A stretch of 64,000 bases of DNA from positions 219,482,001-219,546,000 of the forward strand of contig NC_058368.1 in assembly GCF_018350175.1 (NCBI RefSeq), in the 5' to 3' direction. How positions within the stretch are numbered: the first letter of the stretch is position 1; the number at the start of each line of letters is the position of its first letter. Positions 39,030 to 53,479 of the stretch are shown in pieces. Made by a program: the position numbers and the translations under genes. The stretch comes from Felis catus (lineage: Eukaryota). The notes below the pieces were generated by a model. That model was not told the origin of the DNA and did not search any database. It saw nothing but the letters and a program-made list of their open reading frames with translations.

Positions 39030-41040
39030 TGAAGAAAGCTCTGATGCAATACTGAATAGATGATTTGAGAGAGAACATCTTTATTTTGCTCATGATTTTT
39101 TTAAAAAGAGTTCAACATTTTGTTATTAATTGTGAAGTTTCTTAGGGTTGTTTTAAAAAATATTTTTATTATACTAAAAATGGCCTTTTCATCCTAATGT
39201 GCTCTGTTTTTAAATCATAAATGAATATGAAGTGTTATCAAATATATTTATGTATCTATGGAACTGTTTATTTTCCCATTGGTATGTTAGTCTAGGGATT
39301 GACTTAAATGATTTTTCTTGTTTGAACTAAACTTGTAGAGTTGAAAAAATTCATGTTTGGTAATGATATAATAGCTTTCTATTATTGTATTCCATTTGTT
39401 CTTACTTTGTTTAAAATTGTACTGTTATGAAATCATGTGTTTTTATCCAAGATATCACCCTGTGAAATTTCTTTAGGTCTATACCTATCATATTTAGATA
39501 TCAAAATTATGATAATCACATAAAATGAAATAGAAAATGTTACCAATTCATATAACCTTAAATAATTTGTGTGTGATTGAATGACTGCTTTCATGAATGT
39601 TAGCTAAATTCACTAAAAATTCACTAAAAATACCCTAGGATGCAGCAGTTTTATTGTAAGAAAACTTGGGCTGTTGACTTATTTTCTTTAACAGTCATAA
39701 GGATACTCAGATTCTCTTTCCTTCTTAGTTTCTTTAAATTGCATTTTTTGCATCTATTAAATATTTCTTTGAAAGAAATAAAATGATAATGATAATAAAA
39801 TAAAATAAAATGATAATGCAGAAAGGAGTCCCAAAAAGACTTTTTAAAATACACTATTTTATTTAACAGTTATTTTATTTTTACAGAAGAGTTGCAAAGG
39901 CATAGAGAGTTTCTATTAACTCCACACCCAGTTTTCCTTATTATTAAGATTTTAAATTACTATAATATGTTTGTCACAAATAATGAATGGTATGTATAGA
40001 TAATTTTTTTTAATTTTTTAATTTTTTTTTATTTTGAGAGAGAGAGAGAAGAGAGAGAAAGCAGGAGAGGCAGAGAGAGAGGGAAACACAAAATCTAAAG
40101 CAGTCTCCAAGGTCTGAACTGTCAGCACAGAGCCCAACACGGGGCTCAAACCCATGAACCGTGAGATCGTGACCTGAGCTGAAGGCAGACGCTTAACCCA
40201 CTGAGCCACCCAGGAGCCCCTATGTTATTAATTACACTCTATACTTCATTAGGATTTCATTGTATCTTTCCTAATGACCATTTTCTCTTCCAGAATCCTA
40301 ATAGGAGACGATCCTGCATTTAGCTGTCATATATTCTTATGCTCTTCTGACTGTGAAGGTTTCTTGCATTTCTTTTTGTTGATGACCTTGACATTTTTGA
40401 GGTGTACTAATTGGATATTTTGTAGAATGTCTGTCACTTGGACTATCCTGATATTTTTCTCAAGTGTAGATTGTGGTTATGGGCTTTGGGGATTTCGAGA
40501 CCACGGAAGTAAAGTGTCATTCTCAGCATCATGTCATAGCCTGGGCACTTGCTTTCAGTATTACTTATCACTGATAATGTGAATGTTGATTTGAAATCTT
40601 CCTAAGATCTCCAGTGTAACATCACTTTCCATATTGTACTCTGGAAATGAGTCACTAAAGCATAGCCCACACTCAAGGGACAAACACTTATGTTCCAAAT
40701 CCTTGAGACATAGAATCTACAAAATTATTTGAAATTGTTCTGTGTGAGAAATGTGTCTCTTCTTTCTTGTTGTTTTATGTGATAGTTTATTTATAGTCAG
40801 ACAGATATGTGGGTATTTATTTTTATGTATTTGATTACAAGCTAATGTTACTTAATTTGTTGCTTGAATTCATTCAGATTTGGCCACTGGGAGCTCTTTC
40901 AGATTGGCTCCTGTGCCCTTTGACATACCCCATCATTTTGTTTTTTGAGCACTTTTTTGTTTTCTAGTACCATAAAATATTCCAGGTTAATCTGTATTTT
41001 CTGCCCCAGCACTAAAACAAGATACTGTTCAAAGGGGACA
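39030..41040 (-). mobile_element. Degraded old L1M fragments containing a - SINEC (~40003-40220)
   Basis: Antisense L1 phrases (aatactgaatagatgatttgagagagaacatc; ttcagattggctcctgtgccctttgacatacccc). Confidence 0.55.
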
Positions 41041-42185
41041 TTTCTTTAAATATGAAAACAGTGAGAAGCTTTAATCTTCCAGAGTTTAAGTCAAATAATA
41101 TCATAATCCCAAAAAAGCACATGGCTCTGACAACAAAAAGAAAAAAAAATCAATGAATTAAGAGAAATTCTGAAAGGCGAAGGAAACTCTCATGAAATTA
41201 CATGTAATACATGTCAGGAACAACTCAGTAACTTGTTACTCTAACTTGTTATTGGAGCTACTGGATAACAACATAGGGAAATTAAATTCAATTATAACTG
41301 ATATAATTGAAGAAATGGAGACGACAGGTCATCACAAAGAAAAGTGAAAATTGTCCTTAGAAACAAGAGAGATAATATCTTAGAAATGAAGTTGAAAATA
41401 TAAGTAAAAATATCATTGGCAGATTGATACGAAACAGGTACATGTGAATGATAGCTCTATAATTTGATTGAAATGATCAGAAATCAATATTTTAGACAAT
41501 ATATAATAAATTACAAGTTTTTATATTTTCAACCCAATAATTCCAGTTTGTACAATTTAGAAAGCATTAATGCTACAAAAAAATTAAAAAAAAAATGTTT
41601 ATAGAAATATATTTGTAAAACAACAAATGGAAAATCCAAACTCCCAGCAACAGGATAATGAATAAGCAATTAAGATTTGTGAAAACAATGTAAAGTTTGC
41701 TCGAGTCTTAACAAATATGCAGACTATGAAAGCACATGGAAGTATCTTATATTAATTCTTAGAAATGTCGCAAAAGACTGCTGTAAATTTTCAGACTGAG
41801 AATGAGAATACATTGAGGGTGGAGTTTATCTCTTTGTCTCAGGTCAGTTTGAATAACTATTAAAAATTTACTTGAAAATAGTCTCCTGTTTTACAATTAT
41901 CCTTCATTCTGGTGGAGAGACTTTATTGGCAGAAGTTCAAAATGATTAATTTCGCTTCTAAGTTCTATATTGAGGTTTTCAAATTATTTACATTTAATAT
42001 GATTATTGATATCTTTCAGTTTGAGTCTATCATCCTGCTCTTTGTTTTTGATCTGTACCATCTGGTTTTGTTGCCGTTTTCTCTTTTTAGACTTCCTTTT
42101 GAACAAATTGAATTTTTTCTAATTGTATATTATTACTTTTTGTTTCTGCTTATTAGCCGTAACTCTTCATTTTGTTGTCTTAGTG

Positions 42186-42405
42186 CAGAGGTTGGTAAAC
42201 TGTGGTTGGTGGGATAAATTGAACCAAATGGTAGTCTTTTAGCTCATAACCTAATTTATGCAAGTTTTTAAGGCTATGTTTTTTTAAAAAAAAGAGAGAG
42301 AAAGAAGAGGAAAAATATGGTGTAGGTACTCTATGTGGTTTTCAAAGTTGAAACTATTTATTATCTGTCCCTTAACACACACACACAAAGTATGTTGATC
42401 TTGTG
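42186..42405. mobile_element. MER58-like hAT-Charlie MITE
   Basis: cagaggttggtaaactgtgg...aaactatttattatctgtccctt...aaagtatgttgatc. Confidence 0.6.
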
Positions 42406-43292
42406 TCCATGTTTTCTTTAGGATACTAATGTAGAAAGTCCTTTTTTCACATGGTAGTATGGGACCATAAAAATGTCTATGCAAGATGAAACCATGTAGT
42501 GTGATCTTAATAATCATTGAGGAAAATTACAACACTTCTATTACTTTAGAGTTGCTATATTTTTGTCAAAGCTTTAAAACGTTCATCTAATATTTGATAT
42601 AAATTTATAGGAAATGAAAAAAAGATAAAGCTAATATTATTGAGTATGCTCTAATTTAAAAGATTAGAAATTCTGAGAATTAAAGTGTATTTATTTATTT
42701 TAAGAAAAAGTAGCTTGAATAGTGCTTGCATTCTTGTCATCATAAACTCAATACACAGTGAGCATCTTTTTTAATGCCTTGACAAGTTCTCACACTCTTT
42801 TCTCCTTGTTGTAAAATATCTTCAAGAGTTTCTTTACAAAGGGAACTAGAGGCTGGATTGTACAAGTATCACAGAATACATTACTGCTATTCATCTCCAA
42901 CATGAATTATGCCATCTTTGTCTTTTATATTCCTTGTTTCTTTAGATTTACTTACATGTTTTGCTTTCTCTTCACTATTTCTTTTTACATCTCAGACAGT
43001 CTTTTAAGAATCAGTTGCCTTAATATTTATTAATATATACACTGGTGATGATATCTTCGGCTTTGTTTATCTGATGATATTTCCGGCCTTGCGTTAAAAA
43101 GTCAATTTATGTGGGTATAGAATTTGAGAATGGCAACCACTTCAGGTAACATTTCTCTGCCTCCTGCATTATTAATGAATTGTTCCTGTTGAGAAATCAG
43201 CTGACAGTTGCTTCCCCTTTGAAGATAATGAGACTATTTTTATCTGACTGCTTTCAAGTTTTTATCTTAGAGTTCTCTGGTTTATTTGCACA

Positions 43293-43362
43293 TTTTTATT
43301 TTATTTTATTTATTTTCATATTATTTTTATTTTTTCGACAGAGAGGATACAAGTGAGCGAGG

Positions 43363-43408
<46 letters not shown>

Positions 43409-43588
43409 CAGGGAGAGAAAATCCCACAATGGACAGAGAGAGAGAGAAGCAGGGCTCACCTGAAGCAAGGCAGGAATTCACCTGGAGTGGGATTGAGCTC
43501 ACCCAATACCTGACTCGAGCTCACAAACCATGAGATCTTGACCTCAGCTGAAGTCAGATGCTTAACCGACTGAGCCACACAGGCGCCC
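43293..43588 (-). mobile_element. SINEC variant with internally repeated ctcac-type segments and (GA)n
   Basis: Antisense head aggcgccc; internal gctcacc / attcacc / gctcacc / gctcaca repeats. Confidence 0.85.
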
Positions 43589-43956
43589 TACCTGCACAGT
43601 TTAATCTGGCTCAAGATATCGGTGAAGGTCAGCCTGTGGCCAGAGCCTCTCATCATCAGTTGTTTTTTCTTCACCTTTACTGTTTATGCATTGACTTTCC
43701 TTTATTCCTCAAGTTTTGCTTAAGATCATTTTTTCTTCGGTTTCATGATATGAGCATCTGCCTTTAAATGTTTAATTTTGGGTGTTAAATCTATAATTTT
43801 GGTCTTGAGTTGTATACCCAACATGGGCCACAAAGCTGAAAAGTGAGTTTTCTCATATAGACATATTTTCATAGAAAAATAGCTTTGTGATCTGTTGTTC
43901 TACTCACTGGTCTAGGTTTTTATTTTCCATTATATTTTGTTGCTGAATCTTGTCTC

Positions 43957-44177
43957 TTTTTAAAATTTTTTTTAAATGTTTATTCATTCTTGAGAGGCAG
44001 AGAGACAGAGAATGAGTGGGGAAGGGACAGAGAGAGAGAGGGAGACGCAGAATCCGAAGCAGGCTGCAGGCTCTGAGCTGTCAGCACAGAGCCCGATGCG
44101 GGGCTCAAACCATGATCTGTGAGATCATGACCTCAACCAAAGTCGGTGGCTTAACCAACTGAGCCACCTAGGGGCCC
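43957..44177 (-). mobile_element. SINEC
   Basis: Antisense SINEC; TSD tcttgtct. Confidence 0.9.
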
Positions 44178-44298
44178 TTCTTGTCTTGTATTTATTACTT
44201 TTATTAAAGTATTGTTTATATTCCCTCCAGCACTCTAAATTGTTTCAACCTAAGTTTTTCTAAGCAACTGCTCTACTACGTTTGAAAATGGTGTCTCT

Positions 44299-44502
44299 GG
44301 GGCGCCTGGGTGGCGCAGTCGGTTAAGCGTCCGACTTCAGCCAGGTCACGATCTCGCGGTCCGCGAGTTCGAGCCCCGCGTCGGGCTCTGGGCTGATGGC
44401 TCAGAACCTGGAGCCTGTTTCCGATTCTGTGTCTCCCTCTCTCTCTCTGACCCTCCCCCGTTCATGCTCTGTCTTTCTCTGTCCCAAAAATAAATAAACG
44501 TT
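44299..44502 (+). mobile_element. Young SINEC_Fc-type SINE lacking a poly(A) tail
   Basis: CpG-rich; TSD gaaaatggtgtctct (44284-44298 / 44503-44517). Confidence 0.95.
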
Positions 44503-45264
44503 GAAAATGGTGTCTCTAAGAGTTTTAATGAGTTGCAATATATTTTTACCACTGTATGTTGTATTTAGCCATTTGAATGTATATTCCTACATAAGACTAT
44601 TTGATTATTTTTGTGAAGTTAAAGTGTGTATTTCTTTTGTTGTGTGAATTTTCTCTCTGATTCTCTTCTTGGAAACAACTTCTTTTTTTCTTTTTCTTTT
44701 TTCTCTTAACATCTTTTTATTCCACATCCAAGTAATTTAGCATTTATTTTCTTCAAACAAAGCCATTCTCTTACACAATTTCCTTATTTTAATGGTTCTG
44801 TTGTGATTAACACTAATACATTACAAACATCTATTTCAGACCACATTCAAATCTTGCCAGTAGTCCCAGTAAGCCCTTTATAACAAAATGATGCACCCCA
44901 CAGTTATACATTGCATTTGGTTGTCATGCTTTTTTGCTTTCCTTCTATCTTCTGATATAGTTCTCAATCTTTCTTTGACCTCATGACTTTGACACTTTTG
45001 GAGATGACCGGCCAGGTCCTTTGTAAAATGTCCTTCAATTTGGGTTTGTCTGATGTTTTTTCATGACTACACTTAGGCATCTTTGGCAGGAAATCTCAAG
45101 CGATGCTGCTGTCATTGTATCCCATCCTGTGGGGCAAGATTTCCATTTGGCTCATTTCCATGGGCCCATTTGGCCTATTATACTGGTGATAAGTATGATG
45201 ATTGGATTAAAATGGCATCTCCACTGTAAAGTTAGTCTTGTTATTTATTTCCTTTTGTATTTTA

Positions 45265-46310
45265 ATTTTTTTAAGACTTTATTTTTAAGAGCAATTTCAG
45301 ATTCACAGCCAAATCACAGATATTTCTTATATACCTCTGCCTTCACACATGCATAGTCTCCCCATTATCAGAATGGTATATATCTTACACTTGATGAACC
45401 TATGTCAGTACATTGTAATCACCCAAAGTTCAGAGCTTACCTTATAGTTTACTCGTGACATTGTACATCCTATGGGTTTGGACAATGTATGTAATAATAT
45501 GTATCCACTCTTACAGAATCAGAAGGACTATTTCATTGCTCTAAAAATCCCCTGTACTCCACCTATTTATTTCTCCCCATTCTCTAACACTGGTAACCAA
45601 GGATCTTTGTACCATAGTGTACCTCTTCAAATGTAATATAGTTGAAATAAAACAATATGTAGTTTTTCCAAATTGGCTTATTTTATTTTGTAATATGCAT
45701 CTTAAGGTTTCTCCATGTCTTTTTATAGCTTTATAGTTCATTTTTTTTAGCACTGAATTATATTGCATTGTCTGAATGTTGCACAGTTGATTTATCCATT
45801 TATCTATGGAAGGACATTGTGGCTTATTCCAAGTTTTGGCGATTATAAAAAAAGCTACTGGAAATATCCTGAGTGGGTATTGGGTGGACATAAGTTCAAC
45901 TTCTTTGGGTAAATACCAAGGAACACAACTGCTGGAATATCACAAGAAGAGCCTGTTGTAAGAAGCCACCAAATGGTCTTCCAAAGTGGCTCTAACATTT
46001 TGCATTCCCACCAACATGTATAAGAGTTCTTTTTGTTTCACATCCTTGGGTGTTGTCATTGTTCTGGGTTTTGGCCATTCCAATAGATGCGTAGTGGTAT
46101 CTCATTGCTATTTTAATTTGCATTTCCCTGATGACATATGATGTAAAGAATATTTTCGTATACTTATTTGCCATCTGTTTATCTTTAGTGAGGTGTCTTT
46201 TAAATTCTTTTTGGCCTTTTTTTTATTTAGGTTGTTTGTTTTCTTGTTGTTGAATTTTCATATTTCTCTGTATATTTTGGATATCAGGCCTTAATCAGAT
46301 ATGTCTATTT
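45265..46310 (-). mobile_element. L1MC/MD-type 3' end
   Basis: ORF-track remnant AFFIIAKTWNKPQCPSIDKWINQL (L1 ORF2 C-terminus) and 3'UTR text. Confidence 0.8.
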
Positions 46311-47817
46311 AATCTTTCTAATTCATTTTGCTTGCTTTTCTTGGTAAAGATTTCTCTTTTGTTTACTACATTAATAAAAAGTTCTACTCTCTTTTTGTTG
46401 CTTCCTCTGTTCCTTCCTTTTTGTTTCATTTTACTTTTCTCGTTTTTCCTGAATTCTGTTTATATTTTAAATTTCTGTGTTATTGGAATATCTTCTATCA
46501 ACTTTTGTGTCGAGACTTGGACTTCTGTTATAGAGAAACACATTTTCTTGTGACAGTTTTTAACAATCCATGCCTGTTATCATGCATGTTGGGCTTATCA
46601 TTTTTATGTGGCTTAAAAAAAACACTATTACATTACCTGCATTGCTAGTAATGCAAACACTATTGCTAGTACCTGCATGATATTTGGCAATTCCGTATAA
46701 ATTGTTCTTACCTTGTAAAAATATTCATGCCTATTTCATCATAATTTTCTGATGACTTTTTTTTCTGTATGTATCTTTTGTTCCTGATTTCTTTGGTTTT
46801 GTTTTGTCTTTGTTCCTTATTTTTCTTATTCTAGTATAATTCTATAGATTCTGAGCTGGTCCCTTTGAACTATCACTAAATATATATATTTTTCTGGTCC
46901 AGTTATTGTTATGAAATAAATGAAGCAGAGGCAAGAGTGCAAGGAATTCTCTGATTATGTGAATATGATGCGAGCTAGATCCAGCTGTGGTGTGAGTCAG
47001 AGGCAAGGTTTTTGTTTGTCTGTTAGATTTTACTTCTTTGCAGCCAACTCATGTTGGTGGTCAAAATGTAGATTTCTCTTCTCTTTCACTCTCATATTAA
47101 CATAACTTCCTGCAAACATGACTATTCTGTTTCATTCATTTTACCCTGTCTTGCATGTGTCAAAACAGAGCTTCTTTACTCTTGCCATCAACCCACATAG
47201 CCATTCCTTTTTTTTTTTGTAAATAAGAGGGTGTTGATTTTTTTTTCTTGTCATGTAATATCAAATATTTTGTCAAACTGAAGTCTACCAGTGTTTCCCT
47301 AGCTCCTCAGCTCCGGGCATCCTCTCTTGGTGTTTTTTTCTCCTGCCATTTACAATTCACTGCATATCGCTAGCCTTAGGGTATCAGTTGGTTTCTTCAA
47401 AGATGGGGCTGGTGTTTTGCCTTCTAGATCTCCTCAATTCCTTTAGGTGTTTTGAAAAGGAAGAGGGAGACTTTCTCTACATATTGTTATTTTTTAACTG
47501 GAGTGGTAAGGCAAGTTTCAAAAACTCCATTCTGGATGTGCAGAGAAGGGTTCGCTCCATTCCTCCAGCTCTACCACTTGGGTCCTTTGAAGCTCCAAAT
47601 GAATTTAACTGCTGGCCCAGCCAGAGCTCTGGAATAGTAGTGATTCCTCCATAGCATCCAGACAATGGGTTTTTTGTTTTGGTTTTTCATTTTTCCTTAA
47701 GTCTGGTTTAGTAAAAATATGAATTTTTAAACCAGAAAAGTTTATATAAGTGTGAGTCTACTTTTTCCTGGATTTATTACATGTATTAGTGTCTTGTTTT
47801 CAGACTGGACATAGCAG

Positions 47818-48016
47818 CAGTGGTGTAGAGCCAGCACACGCCTTCCTGCAGAGCCCGTTTTTAATGTTTCAGGATGTGTACGTGCCAGGTGATGCCACCG
47901 TGATAAATTCAAATTAAGTGTCAGGTAGTATTACGCAACTGAAATTGGCAGGCACTATAGACCAGGCCTCCTGACACTGAAAAGCTGGTTGTTGAAGATT
48001 TGCCAATTCACCATTA
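47818..48016. mobile_element. hAT-Tip100 (Arthur1-like) MITE with an 8-bp TSD
   Basis: Degenerate TIRs cagtggtg / caccatta. TSD catagcag (47810-47817) / catagaag (48017-48024), the 8-bp length typical of hAT elements. Confidence 0.65.
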
Positions 48017-48516
48017 CATAGAAGCATTTTTTCCCCACAAAGATATCATTAGAACTGAATGTAATAATCAATGCAATACATTAAGTATGTTTTGTGGCAT
48101 ATTGTAAATACTCAGTACATGTTAGTAATCTCTTCCCCTTCTTGCCTTCCTGCTACTTGACCCTCACCACTGTCTTTAGTTCTCATGGAATTTCTTAGTT
48201 GCTTTATTGTTCTTATACTGATGTTGACTCAGAATTGAATAATAATGCTTTTCTGGCCTCTGACTTCATTTATTTTCCTGACACAAAATTCCTCGTATAT
48301 TCCTTTCTCTGAGGCATTTTCTTTCTGCTGACCCCTGCAGGTTTTAGCATTAGCAAATCTCTTCTTAGTTTGTCTGTTTATTCTCTTGGTATAATTAAAC
48401 TGTTCCTATTATTTCTTACATCTTTTCTAACTTCTTAAAATCGTTCCTTTTGTCTCTAGAATCTTCAAGGCTCATCATGAATCTCACTACTAAAATGCAC
48501 TGAAGCATAAAATTAA

Positions 48517-48625
48517 TATATATATATATATATATATATATGTTACATGCATATATATATATGTTACATCTATATATATATGAATATCCATGTTATCCAT
48601 ATATATATATATATATATATATATC
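48517..48625. repeat. Interrupted (TA)n
   Basis: Direct reading. Confidence 0.9.
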
Positions 48626-49307
48626 TCCAAATACACATCCATGTATGTATATACATACATCCACTACTAACTACCAAAGATGCTGATTATGATGGATGCT
48701 GCATAAAGTGAAAGAGAATTGGTTCTCCCTAAAAACTCCTAAATTGGATTTTTACTGATGCAAAATTCCATTGTGAGTAATACTCAATGTCTAAAAGAGG
48801 ACTGAGTTAATGGACCCTGTTTCTTTTCATTCTTCACATCAAATTCTGAAAGAAACTATCAGGAGCAAGTCCTCATTAAAATGGGTAATAAGCCAACAGG
48901 ACTTCCAACGAGCAGCTACTAACATACTCTTCATCTTACACGACAGTGAGCCTAACCAGGTCATAATTTTCTTTGGAAAAAAGGAAATAATTTCAAAGCA
49001 TTCACAAAAGTAAGCTTGTAAAATTGGTAAAAATTTAAATTGCCTCAAAGCACATTAAGTAAAAACTCTGAAGCACAAATACATTATGAGCAAAATTTTC
49101 TAGATTTCTCAAGACAGTTTTAAATTGTGAGATTTGATTAGATAAAATGCAAGAGCATTTAAGTAGTATAAATTATTTGCAGGAGTCAGATAACAAACCA
49201 AGTAGTATCTATTTTGAGGGTTGCATGATGTAGCCTTTTGGAATGCGTATTAGGGAGTTCCTTGGCATGAACACTTGTGAAGGGAGATGTAAGAATTAGA
49301 TCTGAAC

Positions 49308-49520
49308 AGGGCACCTTTGTGGTGCCTTTGGTTGACCATCTGACTCTTGATTTCAGTGTTAAGTCATGATCTCACAGTTTGTCAGATCAAAGGCCATGTC
49401 ACACTCTGTGCTGAGCATGGAGCCTGCTTGGTAGTCTCTCTCTCCCACTCTCTCTGCCCCTCCCCCCCCCCCGTGCTCTCTCCTTCTCTCAAAGTAACTA
49501 AATAAATATTAGAAAAAAAT
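49308..49520 (+). mobile_element. SINEC (older), probably inside a degraded MaLR LTR (~49200-49820)
   Basis: SINEC body and tail; TSD-like aattaga(t/a)(c/t)tgaac. Confidence 0.75.
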
Positions 49521-50332
49521 AATTAGAATTGAACTGAGAGTTGGTCACTGATACACGCCCCACAGCCTTAGCCCACCTCATGGGGTCTCAGGAGCTTAAA
49601 TATTCTACCAGAATCTTCCTTCATTAAAGTGGAATGGCCAAATCCTTCTACTGTTACCTCTATCAGATTCTGGATGTGGGTTTCCCTCAGAAATGGTGAC
49701 CTGGGTTGGGTAGCTCTCTGAAGTTGAGACCATCCACAAAGGAGATTTCATACAGCTGGAGCCACATTCTGTCCTTCATGGCAGAACTGGGGCTGGCAAC
49801 TCAATGCGCAGACCACAGAACAAAGTGTAACCCTTATTGTTTTCAGTTAAAACAAAATTGAATAGAAATATTTTATCACTATTAAAATCATATGCGGAAG
49901 TTTCTACAAATTAATGTCTCTAAGAAAATAACAGATTCCTATGCAACAGAAAATTGGAACATTTTGAGAGAAAATTGTCACGGAAAGCATCCAGTTGCTC
50001 ACACAAACAAACACGGAGGTGACAGTGTCTCCCAGTGAAGAATAAAGATTTGGGGGAAAGAAAACACTGCATATTTGAAATAAATTTATTAGGCCTACTA
50101 AATTTTTATAAAAGCAACAAATAATTTAAATTGGGAAAATGTATAGAGTCATTTTAAATATAAATGTGCACAAATACTTTAGAATGACATTAATGGTTCT
50201 AAGGAAAATCTGTTTTTGACAATAGAAATTATTTTGAGAATTTCTCCATGAGTGTTCAGAGGCATGGATGTGTTGCCTTTTAGCATATGTATAAAAAGCA
50301 TTGCACATCATGAATATTAAAATTAGTATGTT

Positions 50333-50540
50333 TGGGTGCCTGCTTGACTCAGCCGGTTAAGCATCTGACTTTGGCTCAGGTCATGATCTCACTGTTCATG
50401 ATTTCGAGCCCTGCATCAGGCTGTTGTCAACACAGAGCCGGCTTCAGATCATGTCTCTCTTTCTCTGCCCTTCCCCCGCTCAAGCTCTCTTTCTCTTTGT
50501 CTCTCTGTCTCTCTCAAAAAGAAATAAACATTAAAAAAAT
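50333..50540 (+). mobile_element. SINEC
   Basis: gggtgcctgcttgactcagccggttaagc head; TSD-like aaattagt(a/c)tg. Confidence 0.88.
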
Positions 50541-51626
50541 TAGTCTGCTAATAAAGTTCCTAAAATTATTTATTTTATACATTCCCACCAGCAATGCAAA
50601 AAGTATTTCAATTTCTCCACATCCTTGCTGAAACTTTCTTTTTCCTGTTTGTTAATAGGCATCCTAATGGAGGGGTCTCATTGTGGCCCTAGATTTGTAG
50701 GCCCCTCAGGACTAGTAATAGTGAGCATCTTTTCATGGGCTTATTGGCTATCTGTATATCTTTGGAAAAATGAATACCAAAAGCTTTGTTCATCTTTTAA
50801 TTGAAGTGTTTATTTAAAATTTTATTCATTTTAAATTATTTTTTAAATGTTAACTGAGAATACATTCTCTATACCCAATATTCCTTTATAGAGGTAATAT
50901 GTTCAATACATCAATGTTTTTCTCTTTGATTTCTATTCTATATTTATTTCTTTTTATAATAAGCCTACATTAAAAAATGTTTTTAAGTTTCTTACACTAA
51001 AATCTAAAACTAAAAATTCATAGGTAAGGCAAACAGTAGCTATTTTTCTGGAGAGTAGATCACAAGATTTGTATTGAATACCATGCTCTGATTCTAATTT
51101 TCTTTATGATTATGGAGAAACATTTAATTCTTTGGGTTTCTGGTTTGACTATTACCAAAAATGAAGTATGTGGGTGAGACCAAATCTGATATACCATTAC
51201 ATTCTATAATTCTATACTAACATAGCTGATAAAATAAAAACCAAAGGAAAGAAATGCACACATACAGAGTTAGAGAAAGGGGAGATACTGTTCGTGGCAT
51301 TATTTAAACTTTCTCAATAAATCTCTTCAAGTAAGGTGTTTTCAAATTTTTCTGCTATAAGTAGCTTATAGCAAATCACACTGATTTGTTTTTGTTTCTG
51401 TTTTTGTTTTTTTTGCAAATCACACCACCTTAGCTGTAGTCTAATGAGTTTTGAAAAATGCATTTGCCTCTGCAATCACATGAAGTATAAAACATTTTCA
51501 TCACCCTAGAAAGTTCTCTGTGTTCCTTCTCAGTTAGCAACAGTCAACCACTGTTCTGATTTATTCCAACAGAGATTAGTATTTCCTCATTTAGAATTTC
51601 ATACAAATGAATTTATAACAGGTACT

Positions 51627-51631
<5 letters not shown>

Positions 51632-51658
<27 letters not shown>

Positions 51659-51876
51659 TTTTCTCAGAGCATTTTTTGAGGATTTTGTGTGCTATTGTAT
51701 TTATCAGTGAATCATCCCTAGTTATTGGTGAGTGGTGTTTCATTGGATTAGCATACCAAAATTTGTTTATCTGGGTTCCAGTTGATGGGCATTCGGGACC
51801 TTTTGTGTACATCTAATTTTTGTTTTCCTTCCTTCCTTCCATCTTTCCTTTCCTATCCTTTTCTTTTCTTTTCTTT

Positions 51877-51937
<61 letters not shown>

Positions 51938-51940
51938 TTC
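51632..51940. repeat. (TG)n (51632-51657) and (TTTC)n (~51860-51940) microsatellites
   Basis: Direct reading. Confidence 0.95.
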
Positions 51941-53350
51941 TTCCTGTAAATGCATAGAAGTGAAATTTCTGGGTCATGAACTAGGTACATAGTAAATGAG
52001 AAAATTCTGCTTTTCTGAAGGGGTTTTATGTACCATTTTATACTCTTACTACTAATATATGAGAGCTCCTGGATGAAATTGGCAGCTAATGTCTTAAAAA
52101 TTGAGCCATTCCTTAGAATGCATAGTGGTAGAACAACTTTGCATTTCCCTAATGACTGATGACATTGAGTATCTTTAATATGACTTAATAAAATGGAAAA
52201 TAGCCATTATAGGTAAACCTTTATGTGGTATCTTTATGAATTTTGCCTAATATTTTATTGGGTTTTGGGACTTTTATAAATGACTCCTAGGAGTTTTTTT
52301 TTTTTTTTTTTTTAATATTGTGGATGTACGTTCTTTAGCAGATATATAGTTACTGCAAATGATTTTTTTTTCTCCAATGAATGGGTTGGCCCATTCATTT
52401 TCTTTATGTTGAAATAAAGGTTTCAATTTTAATAAAGTCCATTATATATAATATTATATATTTAAATATCCTATAGAATATTCTACATATATATTCTATA
52501 TTCTATATATTCTATATATATATATATTTTTTTTCCCTTTTATAGTTAGTGCTTACTGAGTACTTCCTCCCATCTAACAGATTTTTTGGTTACTGTAAGG
52601 TCATGAGGTTTTTCTTCTTCTATATTTGCTTCTGGAAAATTTATGGTTTTGTATTTTCTGTTTAGGTTTGCATATATTTTTGTGTCGTGTAATTTATGAA
52701 TAAGAGGTTTTGTCGTTATTGTTATTGTTGTTGCTGCTGTTATTGTTGCTGTTGTTTTTCCATATAGAGAACCATTTGTTCTAGAAAAATTGGTGAAAAT
52801 ATTTTCCTGTTCTCATTGCAGTCCTGTCATGCCTTAGTCAAAAATCAGTTGACCTTATGATTGTAGTCTAATAATGAATGATCAATCCACTCCATTGATC
52901 TATTTGTATATCATTATGCCATTCTGATGTTGTCTTGCTTACTATAGCTTTAAAGTAGGTTTTGAAATCAAATAAGTGCACCAACTTTGATTTTATTTTA
53001 AGTATTTTTGACAATTCCATGTTACTTTCTTTTTTTATTTATTTTTTTGAATATTTATTTTTGAGAGAGAGACAGAGAGAGATAGAGACAGAGAGACAGA
53101 GTGGGAGCAGGGCAGGGAAGAGAGAGGGGGAGACAGAGAATCTGAAGCAGGCTCCAGGCTCTGAGCTATCAGCACAGAGCCCGATGCGGGACTTGAACTC
53201 ACGGACCACAAAATCATGAATGGAGACAAAGTCGGATGACTAACCGACTAAGCCACCCAGGTGCCTCCCATGTTACTTTTATTTATATATGTATATATGT
53301 GTGTATATCTATATATCTATATATCTATATATATATATATATATCTTACC

Positions 53351-53393
<43 letters not shown>

Positions 53394-53479
53394 TACCCTC
53401 ACAAAAAATATATATTTAAAATATACTATTATTTGGATTTCATTGAATTTATAAATCAAGTTGTATAGAATTCACATCT

